IMG/VR virus record: IMGVR_UViG_3300036804_000025
Location: 1-56,550 of that record
Source: a virus
Taxonomy: Duplodnaviria; Caudoviricetes
Length of the DNA stretch: 56,550 nt
Reading direction: 5' to 3' (one strand)
Shown: positions 27,150-36,121 of the stretch, piece by piece
Position numbering within the stretch: the first letter of the stretch is position 1
How the letters are laid out: the number at the start of each line of letters is the position of its first letter
Program-made: the position numbers and the translations under genes
The notes under the pieces: model-generated
What the model was told of the DNA's origin: nothing
What the model saw: only the letters and a program-made list of their open reading frames with translations
Database searches by the model: none

Positions 27150-27405
27150 GGGTGTCGGAAGGGAACGGCCCCGAAACACTGGGGAGAGACCCGGAAGGCG
27201 CAGAGCGGAAACGGCGCGCGACCCAAACCGAGTGGTGAGGGTAAGGCGTTAACACCGGGGTAACTCGGACCGCGTATGGGATGGCTAGCAGCCCCGATCA
27301 TATGGCTAGCAGGTAGGGCTAACACTTAAAATGGCCCCGCGATAACCCGCAAGACTGACCAAAGGAGGTGAGTAAGGCGAGTGAGGCAGTGAGCCCCTAC
27401 CAACT
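27150..27405 (+). ncRNA. Candidate structured leader / ncRNA
   Basis: ~260 nt without a credible ORF after the promoter; purine-rich with GNRA-like loops and nested stems (CCGAGT/ACTCGG, GGTG/CACC). Confidence 0.4.
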
Positions 27406-27473
27406 GACTAGAGCCTGTCTAGTGGGTACAGACACTCTGTATCCGCCACATGGGAACTAGGAAGGGAACCGTA

Positions 27474-27635
27474 ATGGTCAACCTGTCTAAGGATGATTTC
27501 TGCGATGTGTGCCGCTTGTGGCGCATCATCACCCCGGCCGATTTTGTGTCGGTGTGGGATGACGGAGCACCGGTCAACCTGTGCACCATCGAGGCTATGG
27601 GCTGGAACTACCCGATCACCCGTAAGGCGGTCTGA
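27474..27635 (+). CDS. Small Cys-containing hypothetical protein
   Basis: AGGAAGGG RBS. Confidence 0.65.
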   Translation: MVNLSKDDFCDVCRLWRIITPADFVSVWDDGAPVNLCTIEAMGWNYPITRKAV

Positions 27636-27637
27636 CA

Positions 27638-27892
27638 ATGGCTAAGCGATACATGCCGCTTGTTTCGGCCGGTGTGGTTGTGCTTATCGCCCTGGCGTTC
27701 ATGCTGGGTAAGCACATGAGCACTGTTGAGATAGTGAGCCCGACCAACAAAGACACTGTCGGTGCGTTTAATGATGGCTGGATAGATGGACAGACAGACA
27801 TCATTGAGCAGATGAAGAGTCTCGGAGAGTGCGCCAATCCTGTGATTAACCAGGATGAAAAGGGCCGCGTTTCCGTCACTTGTGAGGATTAG
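27638..27892 (+). CDS. Membrane-anchored hypothetical protein
   Basis: N-terminal TM segment. Confidence 0.7.
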   Translation: MAKRYMPLVSAGVVVLIALAFMLGKHMSTVEIVSPTNKDTVGAFNDGWIDGQTDIIEQMKSLGECANPVINQDEKGRVSVTCED

Positions 27893-28076
27893 TCATGCCT
27901 AAAAACTTGACTCGTGTGCCGTTGGCCGTGGTGCTGGCACTCAGAAGATGAGCGGCGAAAGCCGCACAAACCCGCTTGTGAGCCTCTTTCATGGTGGGCC
28001 CGGTAGTCGATACCGGGTCCGCCGTTATGGACGCTTAGAACGGCGTACACACACTCTCTCTAGATAGGTGGGGAAC

Positions 28077-28670
28077 ATGCACGCTCAGTATGTGGCAAAG
28101 GTTGGGGCCGGTAAGGGAACGCACGGCATTAAGGGTGGGGAGTGGAGTTACACCAACACCAATCACACCGTGTGTGGTCGGGAAGCTACCGCAGTAGAGC
28201 ACATGCATAGCGGTGCCGAAATTGAGATCACCTGTAAGAGCTGCATTAAGTCCATGCCGCGAACTCTCACCATTGAAGTAACCACCGTGGATGTCTCTTA
28301 CTACACCGAGGATGACACTTGCCCGGAGGATGAGCGGGAACAGTGCGGCGGTGAATGCCGATACATGGATGGTGACAAGCGAACCATCCGTGACCATGGC
28401 ACTAGCGAATATGAAATTGACGCCGATGACATCGAGTTGTCCGAAGGTGACCCGGTAGCGGCTGCGGTCGAATTCATCCGTAAAGAAGCGGGAGGCGCGA
28501 TTCACGCTAGCTCTACCCCTATAGCCGATGTGCGGGCCCATGAATGGCTTTCGGGTAGCTATGACCACCCGTACCGGGAAGAGACGCGGGAAACCAGCGT
28601 GCGACTTCCCGGCGACTGGACTACCGCCGAACGCACCGCCATTTTCCAGACCATTGCAAACCACAAGTGA
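28077..28670 (+). CDS. Hypothetical early protein
   Basis: RBS after hairpin; H...TVCG...ITCKSC motif. Confidence 0.75.
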   Translation: MHAQYVAKVGAGKGTHGIKGGEWSYTNTNHTVCGREATAVEHMHSGAEIEITCKSCIKSMPRTLTIEVTTVDVSYYTEDDTCPEDEREQCGGECRYMDGDKRTIRDHGTSEYEIDADDIELSEGDPVAAAVEFIRKEAGGAIHASSTPIADVRAHEWLSGSYDHPYREETRETSVRLPGDWTTAERTAIFQTIANHK

Positions 28671-28684
28671 CAAGGGGAACCATC

Positions 28685-29092
28685 ATGGGTGAGTACATCG
28701 AAACCGCGTACAACCACGCACTTACCGCGCTCCTTTGGAGTGAGCTTATCTGTCTCCCGTGTGATGAGTCGGAAGTCTCCGAGCATAGCCATTCGGAAAT
28801 GGAGGGGCGCCCGTTCGATGACTTCTTTTATGAGAGTGACATCGACGGTGAAACTGACACCCTCCGCGAACAGATAGACGCATTCGTTACTGATAACTGG
28901 AATGACCTTGACGGGCATGTCAGTGCCGAACAGTGCGGCCATGACTTCATTCTCTCCCGTAATGGGCATGGTGCGGGTTTCTGGGACCGTGGATTGGGTG
29001 AGCGCGGTAAGCGACTCAGTGAGTCCGCTAAGCCCTTTGGTGAGTGCAGCCTGTACCTGACTGACTATGACCGTGTGGCGGTGGCAGCGTAA
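28685..29092 (+). CDS. Acidic hypothetical phage protein
   Basis: GHDFILSRNGHGAGFWDRG motif. Confidence 0.8.
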   Translation: MGEYIETAYNHALTALLWSELICLPCDESEVSEHSHSEMEGRPFDDFFYESDIDGETDTLREQIDAFVTDNWNDLDGHVSAEQCGHDFILSRNGHGAGFWDRGLGERGKRLSESAKPFGECSLYLTDYDRVAVAA

Positions 29093-29274
29093 TGAACAAC
29101 TGTATCGATTGCGGTAAGGACCTTTCCGAGGAAATGGGCGTAAGGGTGTTCACCTTCAAGGATGACGCTAAGGGCTTCATACCTGGGAATCTGGCGACTA
29201 CCGATCATCTGCTGTGTATCAACTGCGGTAGCAACGGCCGGAACACTCGTAAGCGGTCCTCACTGCCCGTGTGA
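29092..29274 (+). CDS. Small Zn-finger protein
   Basis: CIDC...CINC; coupled. Confidence 0.65.
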   Translation: MNNCIDCGKDLSEEMGVRVFTFKDDAKGFIPGNLATTDHLLCINCGSNGRNTRKRSSLPV

Positions 29275-29365
29275 CGCGATTTGGTGGCGGGTCCGGTACT
29301 CGGTGCCGTGCCCTCCGTCATGTCCCGTTAGAGGGGCGTACAGAGACCCTAGGAAGGGTGAGGCA

Positions 29366-29623
29366 GTGACAGAAGCTCAGCTAGGCCGGATCGTTCGCCT
29401 GTATGGGGCGAGCTTGCACGGCTCATGTGGTGAATGGATGGACATTGAATTCCCGTCCATCGTGAGTGCGGCGGCATTCATTGAGTCCATGGGTTGGCAC
29501 TCCGATGCACGGCTTAGGGATGCGGTAACGCGTTTCTCCGGTGTCGTCGTCGTACAGGTACCGGAACCGCTTTGGCGGTCCTTTGATCCGGTACGGGATC
29601 TCTTGGGCAAGGGTGACAAGTGA
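29366..29623 (+). CDS. Hypothetical protein
   Basis: GTG after AGGAAGGGTGAGG, downstream of hairpin. Confidence 0.65.
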   Translation: MTEAQLGRIVRLYGASLHGSCGEWMDIEFPSIVSAAAFIESMGWHSDARLRDAVTRFSGVVVVQVPEPLWRSFDPVRDLLGKGDK

Positions 29624-30000
29624 TGCACACACCGGACCTTTCAGCACAGAACATTGAAGACACGTTCTTCGGTAGCGGCTTCGACATGTACTCATGGTGG
29701 GAGTCAGTGAGTCTCAAGAGTCGCGTTATCCAGGATGGTGAAGCGATCACATGGGAATGGGAAGTGACCGGAGAGAATCCTAACGAGGATGGCTCTATAA
29801 CTAAGGTCATCACCCCGGATGCCATGTTGGATGTGATCGGCCGTATCCATATGTCCGGCGACAAGATGCCGTATGTGTCCCCGTACACCATTGCGGAGTG
29901 CGGGAACTTCCTTTACGGCTTTGAGCCCGTGGATTTCGACGCAGACACAGCAGATCAGGTTATGCAAGTAGTCATGTTCGGGGCAGTCCACTACGGCTAA
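29620..30000 (+). CDS. Hypothetical phage protein
   Basis: C-terminal DFDADTADQVMQ..MFG.V.YG. Confidence 0.8.
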   Translation: MMHTPDLSAQNIEDTFFGSGFDMYSWWESVSLKSRVIQDGEAITWEWEVTGENPNEDGSITKVITPDAMLDVIGRIHMSGDKMPYVSPYTIAECGNFLYGFEPVDFDADTADQVMQVVMFGAVHYG

Positions 30001-30105
30001 GCCCTTCTGAGCGCTTTTGGTGAGTGGTCCGGTACAGAGTGCCGGGCCACTTGCCATGGCCGCTTAGGCGCCCACACAGACACTCTCACGAGATAGGAAC
30101 ACGCT

Positions 30106-30657
30106 ATGCCTTCCATCTACATTAGCAACCTTGCCCTTTACACTCAGGGCCGCGAAAACGGTAAGTGGATTGATGTTCAGTGGTTGGACGCCGAACAGCT
30201 CGAAGAAGAGGTTACGGCAAAGGTCGGCCCGTCCGAAGAATTCATCATCCTGGACACTGAAGGTTTCGACGGAATCGACGTTGACCAGTATGCATCCTTT
30301 GAGTGGCTGGCACAGGTTGCGGAACTGATAGAGAACCGTGATCCCGCGCTTATCGCTCACTTCATCGGGGAAGATGTGGCACTCGACAACATCGAGGATG
30401 AGATTAGCGACCAGTACCGGGGGACGTACCCGACTGCCTACGACTGGGCACGTGAGTGCGTAGACAACAACATGACTCAGCTTATGGGTGCGCTTAAGGG
30501 TGTCTATGTCGGTTACGGCAACCAGGATGGGCGGGTTTATGCCAAGTGGCTTAACGATCACCTTGACGCCATCGCAAAGGACTACTTGCACGATGCCGAA
30601 ATGAACGGCCTCACCACGGTTGATGTTGCGGACGGTGTGGCGATTCTGAACGGCTGA
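30106..30657 (+). CDS. ardA: ArdA-like antirestriction (DNA mimic) protein
   Basis: IYI.NL..Y..G...G.W; EE.II.D.EG; Y.G.Y...DWA.E; strongly acidic. Confidence 0.8.
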   Translation: MPSIYISNLALYTQGRENGKWIDVQWLDAEQLEEEVTAKVGPSEEFIILDTEGFDGIDVDQYASFEWLAQVAELIENRDPALIAHFIGEDVALDNIEDEISDQYRGTYPTAYDWARECVDNNMTQLMGALKGVYVGYGNQDGRVYAKWLNDHLDAIAKDYLHDAEMNGLTTVDVADGVAILNG

Positions 30658-30758
30658 TACCCGCTGTAAGGCCATTGGATGGCGCCTCCGGTACGAGCTA
30701 CCGGGGGTGTCGTCTTGTGCCCTTAGAACGAAACCTAGGGCCGCTAGAGAGGGAAGCC

Positions 30759-31082
30759 ATGCGCAACCGATACGACGCACGACAGACCACCATCCGTCAC
30801 CGCTACGTTGTGCGACTCGACAACGGCCGTCGCCTGCACTCCGAGGACTACATAGACCGTAAGCGGGCCGCACGGCTTGTCTTCATCTGTCGGGAAGTCG
30901 GACAGAAGGTCTACGTAAAGCACTCTGCACAGTACGTCGAATACACGGCCAATCTTTGCGCCGGATGCTATGCCCGTCCTTCTCTCTGGGAAATGGACTG
31001 CGATGGGCTGGGGGACACGGTGAAGTGTGGCGAATGCGATTGGTGGGCGGCTCATGATGCCCGCTGGTCTTTCTACAAGTAA
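30759..31082 (+). CDS. Hypothetical protein with C-terminal Cys pairs
   Basis: GAGGGAAG RBS. Confidence 0.7.
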   Translation: MRNRYDARQTTIRHRYVVRLDNGRRLHSEDYIDRKRAARLVFICREVGQKVYVKHSAQYVEYTANLCAGCYARPSLWEMDCDGLGDTVKCGECDWWAAHDARWSFYK

Positions 31083-31116
31083 CCGAATCAACCCAACTAA
31101 CCAAAGGAGTAAGGCA

Positions 31117-31188
31117 ATGGAGTGCACGCATAACGAGTGCTATGTCTGTGTCCGCATGAAGACGACTTGCACTAGGCACGGTTGCTAG
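31117..31188 (+). CDS. 23-aa Cys/His-rich microprotein
   Basis: AAAGGAG RBS; MECTHNECYVCVRMKTTCTRHGC. Confidence 0.5.
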   Translation: MECTHNECYVCVRMKTTCTRHGC

Positions 31189-31261
31189 TTCTGACGATTA
31201 GGCACACGGGTTTCTCTTGTGCCTTTTCGCCGGGACTAGACCTGTGAGGTTAGTTCAGTAA

Positions 31262-31468
31262 ATGCAGTACATACAAGAGGAGTTGTTCACGGTGATCGTT
31301 CATCACTCGGACTGCGTGATGTGTGCACGGAAGGGACAGAAGAGCGGAGCAACCGAGGCAATCGCGTTCCGTGATAGGCTCTTCCCGTTTTGTGCCGTAC
31401 ATGCTGATCAGCTCTATACGATGCTCGCCCCGGTAGAGGGTGACCAGGAAGGAAACGACAACAAGTGA
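31262..31468 (+). CDS. Hypothetical protein, possibly Lsr2-dimerisation-domain-like
   Basis: ATG directly after motif B; C..C...FC..HA..L...LAP. Confidence 0.65.
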   Translation: MQYIQEELFTVIVHHSDCVMCARKGQKSGATEAIAFRDRLFPFCAVHADQLYTMLAPVEGDQEGNDNK

Positions 31469-32880
31469 CCGCCGTTGACACGATGACGACCGGCAAGATT
31501 CGCGACGTGATCAATCTGATTGAGCCTGACACCGAGGCCGACCCCGTAGGGGTCCTGGCGGCCCTCCTGTCGCAAGCGTCGTGCTACCTCGGTAACACTC
31601 TCCGACTGGACGACGGAGGCCGTACGCGGCCCGTGATCATCGATACCGTCTTGATCGGCCCGACGAACAAGGGACGGAAGGGTACGGCCCTCGGAGCGGC
31701 TACCCGCGTCTTTGATCTTGCAGCCCCTGACTTCCTGGGGACGCATGAGGTTTCCGGGGCCAAGAGTGGCGCAGGCATCATCGGGGCCTATGTAAAGCGT
31801 CGTGACAGTGCACAAGACGCACAGTTGACGGCTATGGAGTCCGGACGGGAATACGAGGGTGTTGACCCCCGAGACTCCCGTATGTTCCTGGTGGAAGAGG
31901 AATACGCCTCTGTCCTCAAGTCTGGTAAGCGTGACGCCACTTTGCAGGCAGTCATGCGTAAGACGTGGGACGGCGCAGACCTCCAGAACATGACTAAGGA
32001 TGGTGGCGTTATCCGTCGCCCTGTCTTTGTCATCCACGGGCACACGTCGCCTACTGAGTTCCGGCATAACCTCTCTTCGGCCGACGTTGCGGGAGGTAGC
32101 TTTAACCGGCTCCTGTGCGTCTCTGTGATGCGCTCTAAGAAGCTGAAGAAGCGTCACCGCATCAACCCTGAGAACCAGGAAGCGGCCGGTACGATCCTCG
32201 CTAAGGGTCTGGAGTATGCCGCAAAGCTGGAAACCATCACCCTCTCAGACGATGCCATTGACCTTTTCGATGATGGTCTGTCGGATGAGATCGAGGGGTA
32301 CGGGGAGGGAATGCCTATCGTAGAGTCTTTCGTCGGCCGTGCCGAGGAATATACGTCCCGTGTAGCGGCTCTCTATGCGGCTCTCGATGGACGAGACGAA
32401 ATCGGTGTCCTGGACGTTAAGGCGGCATGGAACTTCGTACAGTTCTGCCTTCAGTCCATCACTGATGTTCTTCAGGGTTCTGAGGGATCCAACGAAAGCC
32501 GTATCCGGGCCGTCCTGCGGAAGAACCCCAACGGTGTCCGTGCAACTGAGCTTCTGCGGGCAACTGGCCTCAATGCGGCAGCAATTGAAGACGCCATCGA
32601 CAACATGGACGACGTCTCACTCATCACCCTGCCGTCTGGTGCCCGTGGTGGTCGGCCGTCCAAGTTCTACACGCTGATTTCTCAGGGCGACGACGAGACG
32701 CCCCAGGAGCCCGTAGACGAGCTGGACGACGAAGACGACGGCCAGGAGCCCGAGGAGGACCAGGAGGAGCCGGAGACGGCCGCTGTGCCGTCGCAGGCCG
32801 GACAGGTAACGTCCATCGTCAACGGGGCCGGGGAACTGGCCGACGACACCGACAACGACTTTGCGGCACTTCTCAACTAA
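31465..32880 (+). CDS. DUF3987/YfjI-like AAA ATPase with C-terminal wHTH and acidic tail
   Basis: EADPVGVL, IGPTNKGRKGT, SGAGII, EEEYAS, WDG, GSFNRLL. Confidence 0.8.
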   Translation: MTAVDTMTTGKIRDVINLIEPDTEADPVGVLAALLSQASCYLGNTLRLDDGGRTRPVIIDTVLIGPTNKGRKGTALGAATRVFDLAAPDFLGTHEVSGAKSGAGIIGAYVKRRDSAQDAQLTAMESGREYEGVDPRDSRMFLVEEEYASVLKSGKRDATLQAVMRKTWDGADLQNMTKDGGVIRRPVFVIHGHTSPTEFRHNLSSADVAGGSFNRLLCVSVMRSKKLKKRHRINPENQEAAGTILAKGLEYAAKLETITLSDDAIDLFDDGLSDEIEGYGEGMPIVESFVGRAEEYTSRVAALYAALDGRDEIGVLDVKAAWNFVQFCLQSITDVLQGSEGSNESRIRAVLRKNPNGVRATELLRATGLNAAAIEDAIDNMDDVSLITLPSGARGGRPSKFYTLISQGDDETPQEPVDELDDEDDGQEPEEDQEEPETAAVPSQAGQVTSIVNGAGELADDTDNDFAALLN

Positions 32881-32891
32881 AGGGGGACACA

Positions 32892-33092
32892 GTGTCAGGG
32901 CTTACCGATAAGCTCACTGACCTACTGGAGTGCACGGACGATCAGGGGCTCAGCATGGGACAGATCATGCGGGCCTTTGGTCTCCGTCACACAGTGGCAG
33001 AGATCAAGGAAGCGCTAGAGGCACTAGGGGCGGTAAAGGTGGAGATCCCCACCAACACGGCGCCTCTCACCGGTTACAAGCTTCCCGAATAG
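32892..33092 (+). CDS. Small wHTH-like protein
   Basis: AGGGG RBS; GLSMGQIMRAFG. Confidence 0.65.
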   Translation: MSGLTDKLTDLLECTDDQGLSMGQIMRAFGLRHTVAEIKEALEALGAVKVEIPTNTAPLTGYKLPE

Positions 33093-33102
33093 GAGGGGAA
33101 CA

Positions 33103-33285
33103 GTGGACGACAAGGCACTCATCCTTAGCTCTATGGAGCGGATGACCGTACGTCAAGCCCTAGAGGGTATGCAGGACGACGTAAGGGAATCGCACTTGAA
33201 TGGCAAGATCAGCCGAGAGGGCTACGACAGGGTAGATACCAGGTTGGCTAGGGTCCTGGTGAAGCTCGAACAACTCGACAACTAG
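33103..33285 (+). CDS. Hypothetical protein
   Basis: AGGAGG RBS. Confidence 0.7.
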   Translation: MDDKALILSSMERMTVRQALEGMQDDVRESHLNGKISREGYDRVDTRLARVLVKLEQLDN

Positions 33286-33293
33286 GGGGAAGC

Positions 33294-33581
33294 ATGGAAG
33301 AGGGGCGTTCTTACAGCTCTCAGGAGATTTCCCGGATCGTTCGGGCTTTCCCCGATAGTGGCACCTTTCGACTGACAGCAGCGGCTTACAGTGCCTCTGA
33401 GATCCGGGAAGAGGTTAAGCGTTACGTCTTCTCCGACGAGATCAGTACGGAGGAGTTCACGGTATGGGCCCTGGTAGCCCTGTCCCCTTACGTTGATGCC
33501 GTCACCATGGCAGAAGCCCATATGGCGACTGTCCGGCACAATCTGAAGATGCTTTACAGGATGGAAGAGCGCAATGGGTAA
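33294..33581 (+). CDS. Hypothetical protein
   Basis: GGGGGA RBS. Confidence 0.7.
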   Translation: MEEGRSYSSQEISRIVRAFPDSGTFRLTAAAYSASEIREEVKRYVFSDEISTEEFTVWALVALSPYVDAVTMAEAHMATVRHNLKMLYRMEERNG

Positions 33582-34233
33582 GCGTGGACGTAAGAGGGCT
33601 CGGGAGTCCGGAGAGGCCCCTAAGCAGAAGGGCCCCCAGAGGCTTGGACAGATCGGCGCATTCATGGTGTGCCGTGAGTGCAAAGAGCCCCTGACACTCT
33701 TCTCTCTCGTTGACGAGGAAGACGAGTTCGATGAAGTGAAGGTTATCTATGTGCACCCGCTAGAGCACATCGATACGACCGCAAGGGAAGTTATCGAGCT
33801 TCCCGGCTTCGTGTACGACCATGAAGCCGTGCCGGTAGAGGGTGACCCCCTGGAAGCGTCTACGGTGTGCGACTTCTGTTACGCGCCGGAGAGTCGTTAC
33901 GCCTTCATCCCACGTAAGGTCATCCGAGTTCCGGACCCTACTAACCCGGGGATCTATCTGGACTACTCGTCCCCCTGGAACTGCTGTGACGGGTGCCTCT
34001 CAGCAGTCCGTAAGAAGGACATCGGAAAGATGCTCGACAGGGCGGTTAACTCGGAGTACTCGGAGTCTGCTTCTCTTGCCAGCGTTGATCCCATGATCCG
34101 GCAAGTCCTACGGGCACAGATCCGAAGCCTGTACGTCAGGTATCTGGAGTCCAACCCTGATGGGCCCTATGAAGTGAAGATCCAGCCAAAGCCAAGGGCA
34201 CAGGGCAAGCCGAGTAGCCGACGCGGCATGTAA
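33574..34233 (+). CDS. Cys-rich hypothetical protein
   Basis: CREC, CDFC, CCDGC. Confidence 0.75.
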   Translation: MGKRGRKRARESGEAPKQKGPQRLGQIGAFMVCRECKEPLTLFSLVDEEDEFDEVKVIYVHPLEHIDTTAREVIELPGFVYDHEAVPVEGDPLEASTVCDFCYAPESRYAFIPRKVIRVPDPTNPGIYLDYSSPWNCCDGCLSAVRKKDIGKMLDRAVNSEYSESASLASVDPMIRQVLRAQIRSLYVRYLESNPDGPYEVKIQPKPRAQGKPSSRRGM

Positions 34234-34315
34234 GACCTAGAGGGCCCCTAGACAAGGGGGCCCACTAGTGCTATACCTATCCATGCAAGTCCCCACGAGA
34301 CAAGAGGTAAACATC

Positions 34316-34663
34316 ATGGCCCGCATCGTTACCGTTGTTGATGACCTGGACAAGTCGGAAGACGACGTTCAGCAGGTGGAGTTCACCTATGGTGGGAAGC
34401 GTTACGAGATCGACTTGGGTAAGAAGAACCGTGACGCCATGGACAAGGCCATGAAGAAGTACCTGGATGCGGCTACCGAGCTTGGTGAGGCCATCGTCCC
34501 CAAGGCGGCTACCGCTACGACTACCGCCCGAGCCAAGCACCTTGCCCGAGTCCGTGACTGGGCCGGGAAGAACAAGTTCGAGGTGAGCGACCGTGGCCGG
34601 ATCCCGGACGACGTTCGCGAGGCGTACAACACGGCCAACCCGGAAGACAAGCTCGAAGCCTGA
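34316..34663 (+). CDS. lsr2: Lsr2-like nucleoid-associated protein
   Basis: VVDDLD...V.F.Y.G..YEIDL...N; VRDWA...VSDRGRIP. Confidence 0.95.
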   Translation: MARIVTVVDDLDKSEDDVQQVEFTYGGKRYEIDLGKKNRDAMDKAMKKYLDAATELGEAIVPKAATATTTARAKHLARVRDWAGKNKFEVSDRGRIPDDVREAYNTANPEDKLEA

Positions 34664-34853
34664 CCACATATGAGACCCGCTGACTAGAGGGCCCCTGGGG
34701 AAACCTGGGGGCCCTCCTCATAGCCAAGCAAGGATGAGGACATGACCCCCGCAGCGATGCCCCAGCAGCGACCCCCACGGCCCGTACAGGGCCGGTACAG
34801 TGAGCTGGTCTCCCGATGGATCCGAGCCGGTAACGAGAGCGTGAGGAACGATC

Positions 34854-35276
34854 ATGTACGAACAGGGCAGCCGAGTACGGAACACTAAGTACGGCTATCT
34901 CGGGACGGTAGACAAGTCGATCGGTGCGGATAGGTGGCTTGTGTTCGCCGACTCCGACAAGATCGATCACTCTCTCCCTGGTGCCCTTCCTGGTGTGCCG
35001 GTAGAGGCTGACGGAAAAGACCTTGTGCCGCTTAGTCACCTGGATATTGCAAGCGGGATCGGGGAGAGTCGAGAGACCCGAGCCGTAATGATGTACCTGC
35101 ACAAGGAAGCCCGGATGCATCACACCTATGCCGACTCCATGGGGCTGGATACCTTGGAGATGTTCAAGAGGGACGCTCGGCGGATCCTGGGGGACGCTAC
35201 CGATGTCACCGAGGAAGAACTAACCGGCGCTGACTGGGAGTACATCTACCAGGAGATCAAGGAAGAGCAGGGGTAG
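34854..35276 (+). CDS. Hypothetical protein
   Basis: GAGGA RBS. Confidence 0.75.
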   Translation: MYEQGSRVRNTKYGYLGTVDKSIGADRWLVFADSDKIDHSLPGALPGVPVEADGKDLVPLSHLDIASGIGESRETRAVMMYLHKEARMHHTYADSMGLDTLEMFKRDARRILGDATDVTEEELTGADWEYIYQEIKEEQG

Positions 35277-35278
35277 GG

Positions 35279-35956
35279 GTGGCGATCTTCTATGTGTACG
35301 TCCACGACGGGGAGTCATTCACCATGGATGACATGGAGTATGCGCCTAGTGCCGAGATCGCTAAGCGGCAGTTGGCTTCCCGTGTAAGGACTGGTAAGGG
35401 CATATCTCACTTCGTCAACGACATGGACGAGATAAGCCCTAGGGCTGGCTTCAAGGCAAGGCAAGAGGAAGAGTGGCCCCCCGCCACAGATGAAGCCCGT
35501 ATGGCCGTCTGGAGGGTCAAGGGAAAGGCTAGGCTCCCCGAGGGGATACCTACGGAAGTCTGGCTCTACAGCGGGAACGTGGATAGGCCCATCATCATCA
35601 CTGTGGATGAGGAGCCCATGCCAGCACCGAAGCCCCTAACCCCTCTGCGAGTCTCGGAAGCGGTCTACTTGCGACGACTCAAGATGGGGTGGGACGACGA
35701 GCGGGCAAGGACCGTTCCCATGGATGGCCGGAATACAAGGCACGTCACCAACATGAGTCGTGTCGAGATGTCGGAGAACCTTGGGGGAGTGTCTAGGCCC
35801 AAGGAAGCTCATACCGCCTTTGGGATCTCTCAGACGGTTGCCGACTGGGCGACACAGACAGGGATTAACGAGGCAGCACTACGGCACGGCATCAAGGTGC
35901 GAGGCTTGGAGGAGTACCTACGCAAGAAGGATTGGTACCCCGGTAAGAGGGTGTGA
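35279..35956 (+). CDS. Hypothetical protein with C-terminal HTH-like DNA-binding motifs
   Basis: RRLKMGW..ERA; TAFG.SQTVADWA..TGI. Confidence 0.7.
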   Translation: MAIFYVYVHDGESFTMDDMEYAPSAEIAKRQLASRVRTGKGISHFVNDMDEISPRAGFKARQEEEWPPATDEARMAVWRVKGKARLPEGIPTEVWLYSGNVDRPIIITVDEEPMPAPKPLTPLRVSEAVYLRRLKMGWDDERARTVPMDGRNTRHVTNMSRVEMSENLGGVSRPKEAHTAFGISQTVADWATQTGINEAALRHGIKVRGLEEYLRKKDWYPGKRV

Positions 35957-35962
35957 GCGAGT

Positions 35963-35993
35963 GGGGCCAGGTCTTCGGGCCTGGCCCCGTTTT
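35963..35993 (+). terminator. Terminator ending early region
   Basis: GGGGCCAGGTC-TTCG-GGCCTGGCCCC-GTTTT. Confidence 0.8.
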
Positions 35994-36121
35994 GCTGTGT
36001 CTTGACTTGTCATGGTCATGATTTTATCTGGAGCACACGAGTCAAATTTTTCTGTAGCAACCTTTGTGCCGGTAGGTTAGTTCAGTAAGTTCAGTTGGTT
36101 ATTGTGTACACGGGAACGCAC

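Noticed and set aside
27408-31239. Early-region hairpins as terminators or MITE/IS ends
   Set aside because: No U-tracts, pairing relies on G-U so they are not DNA inverted repeats, and there are no target duplications or transposase
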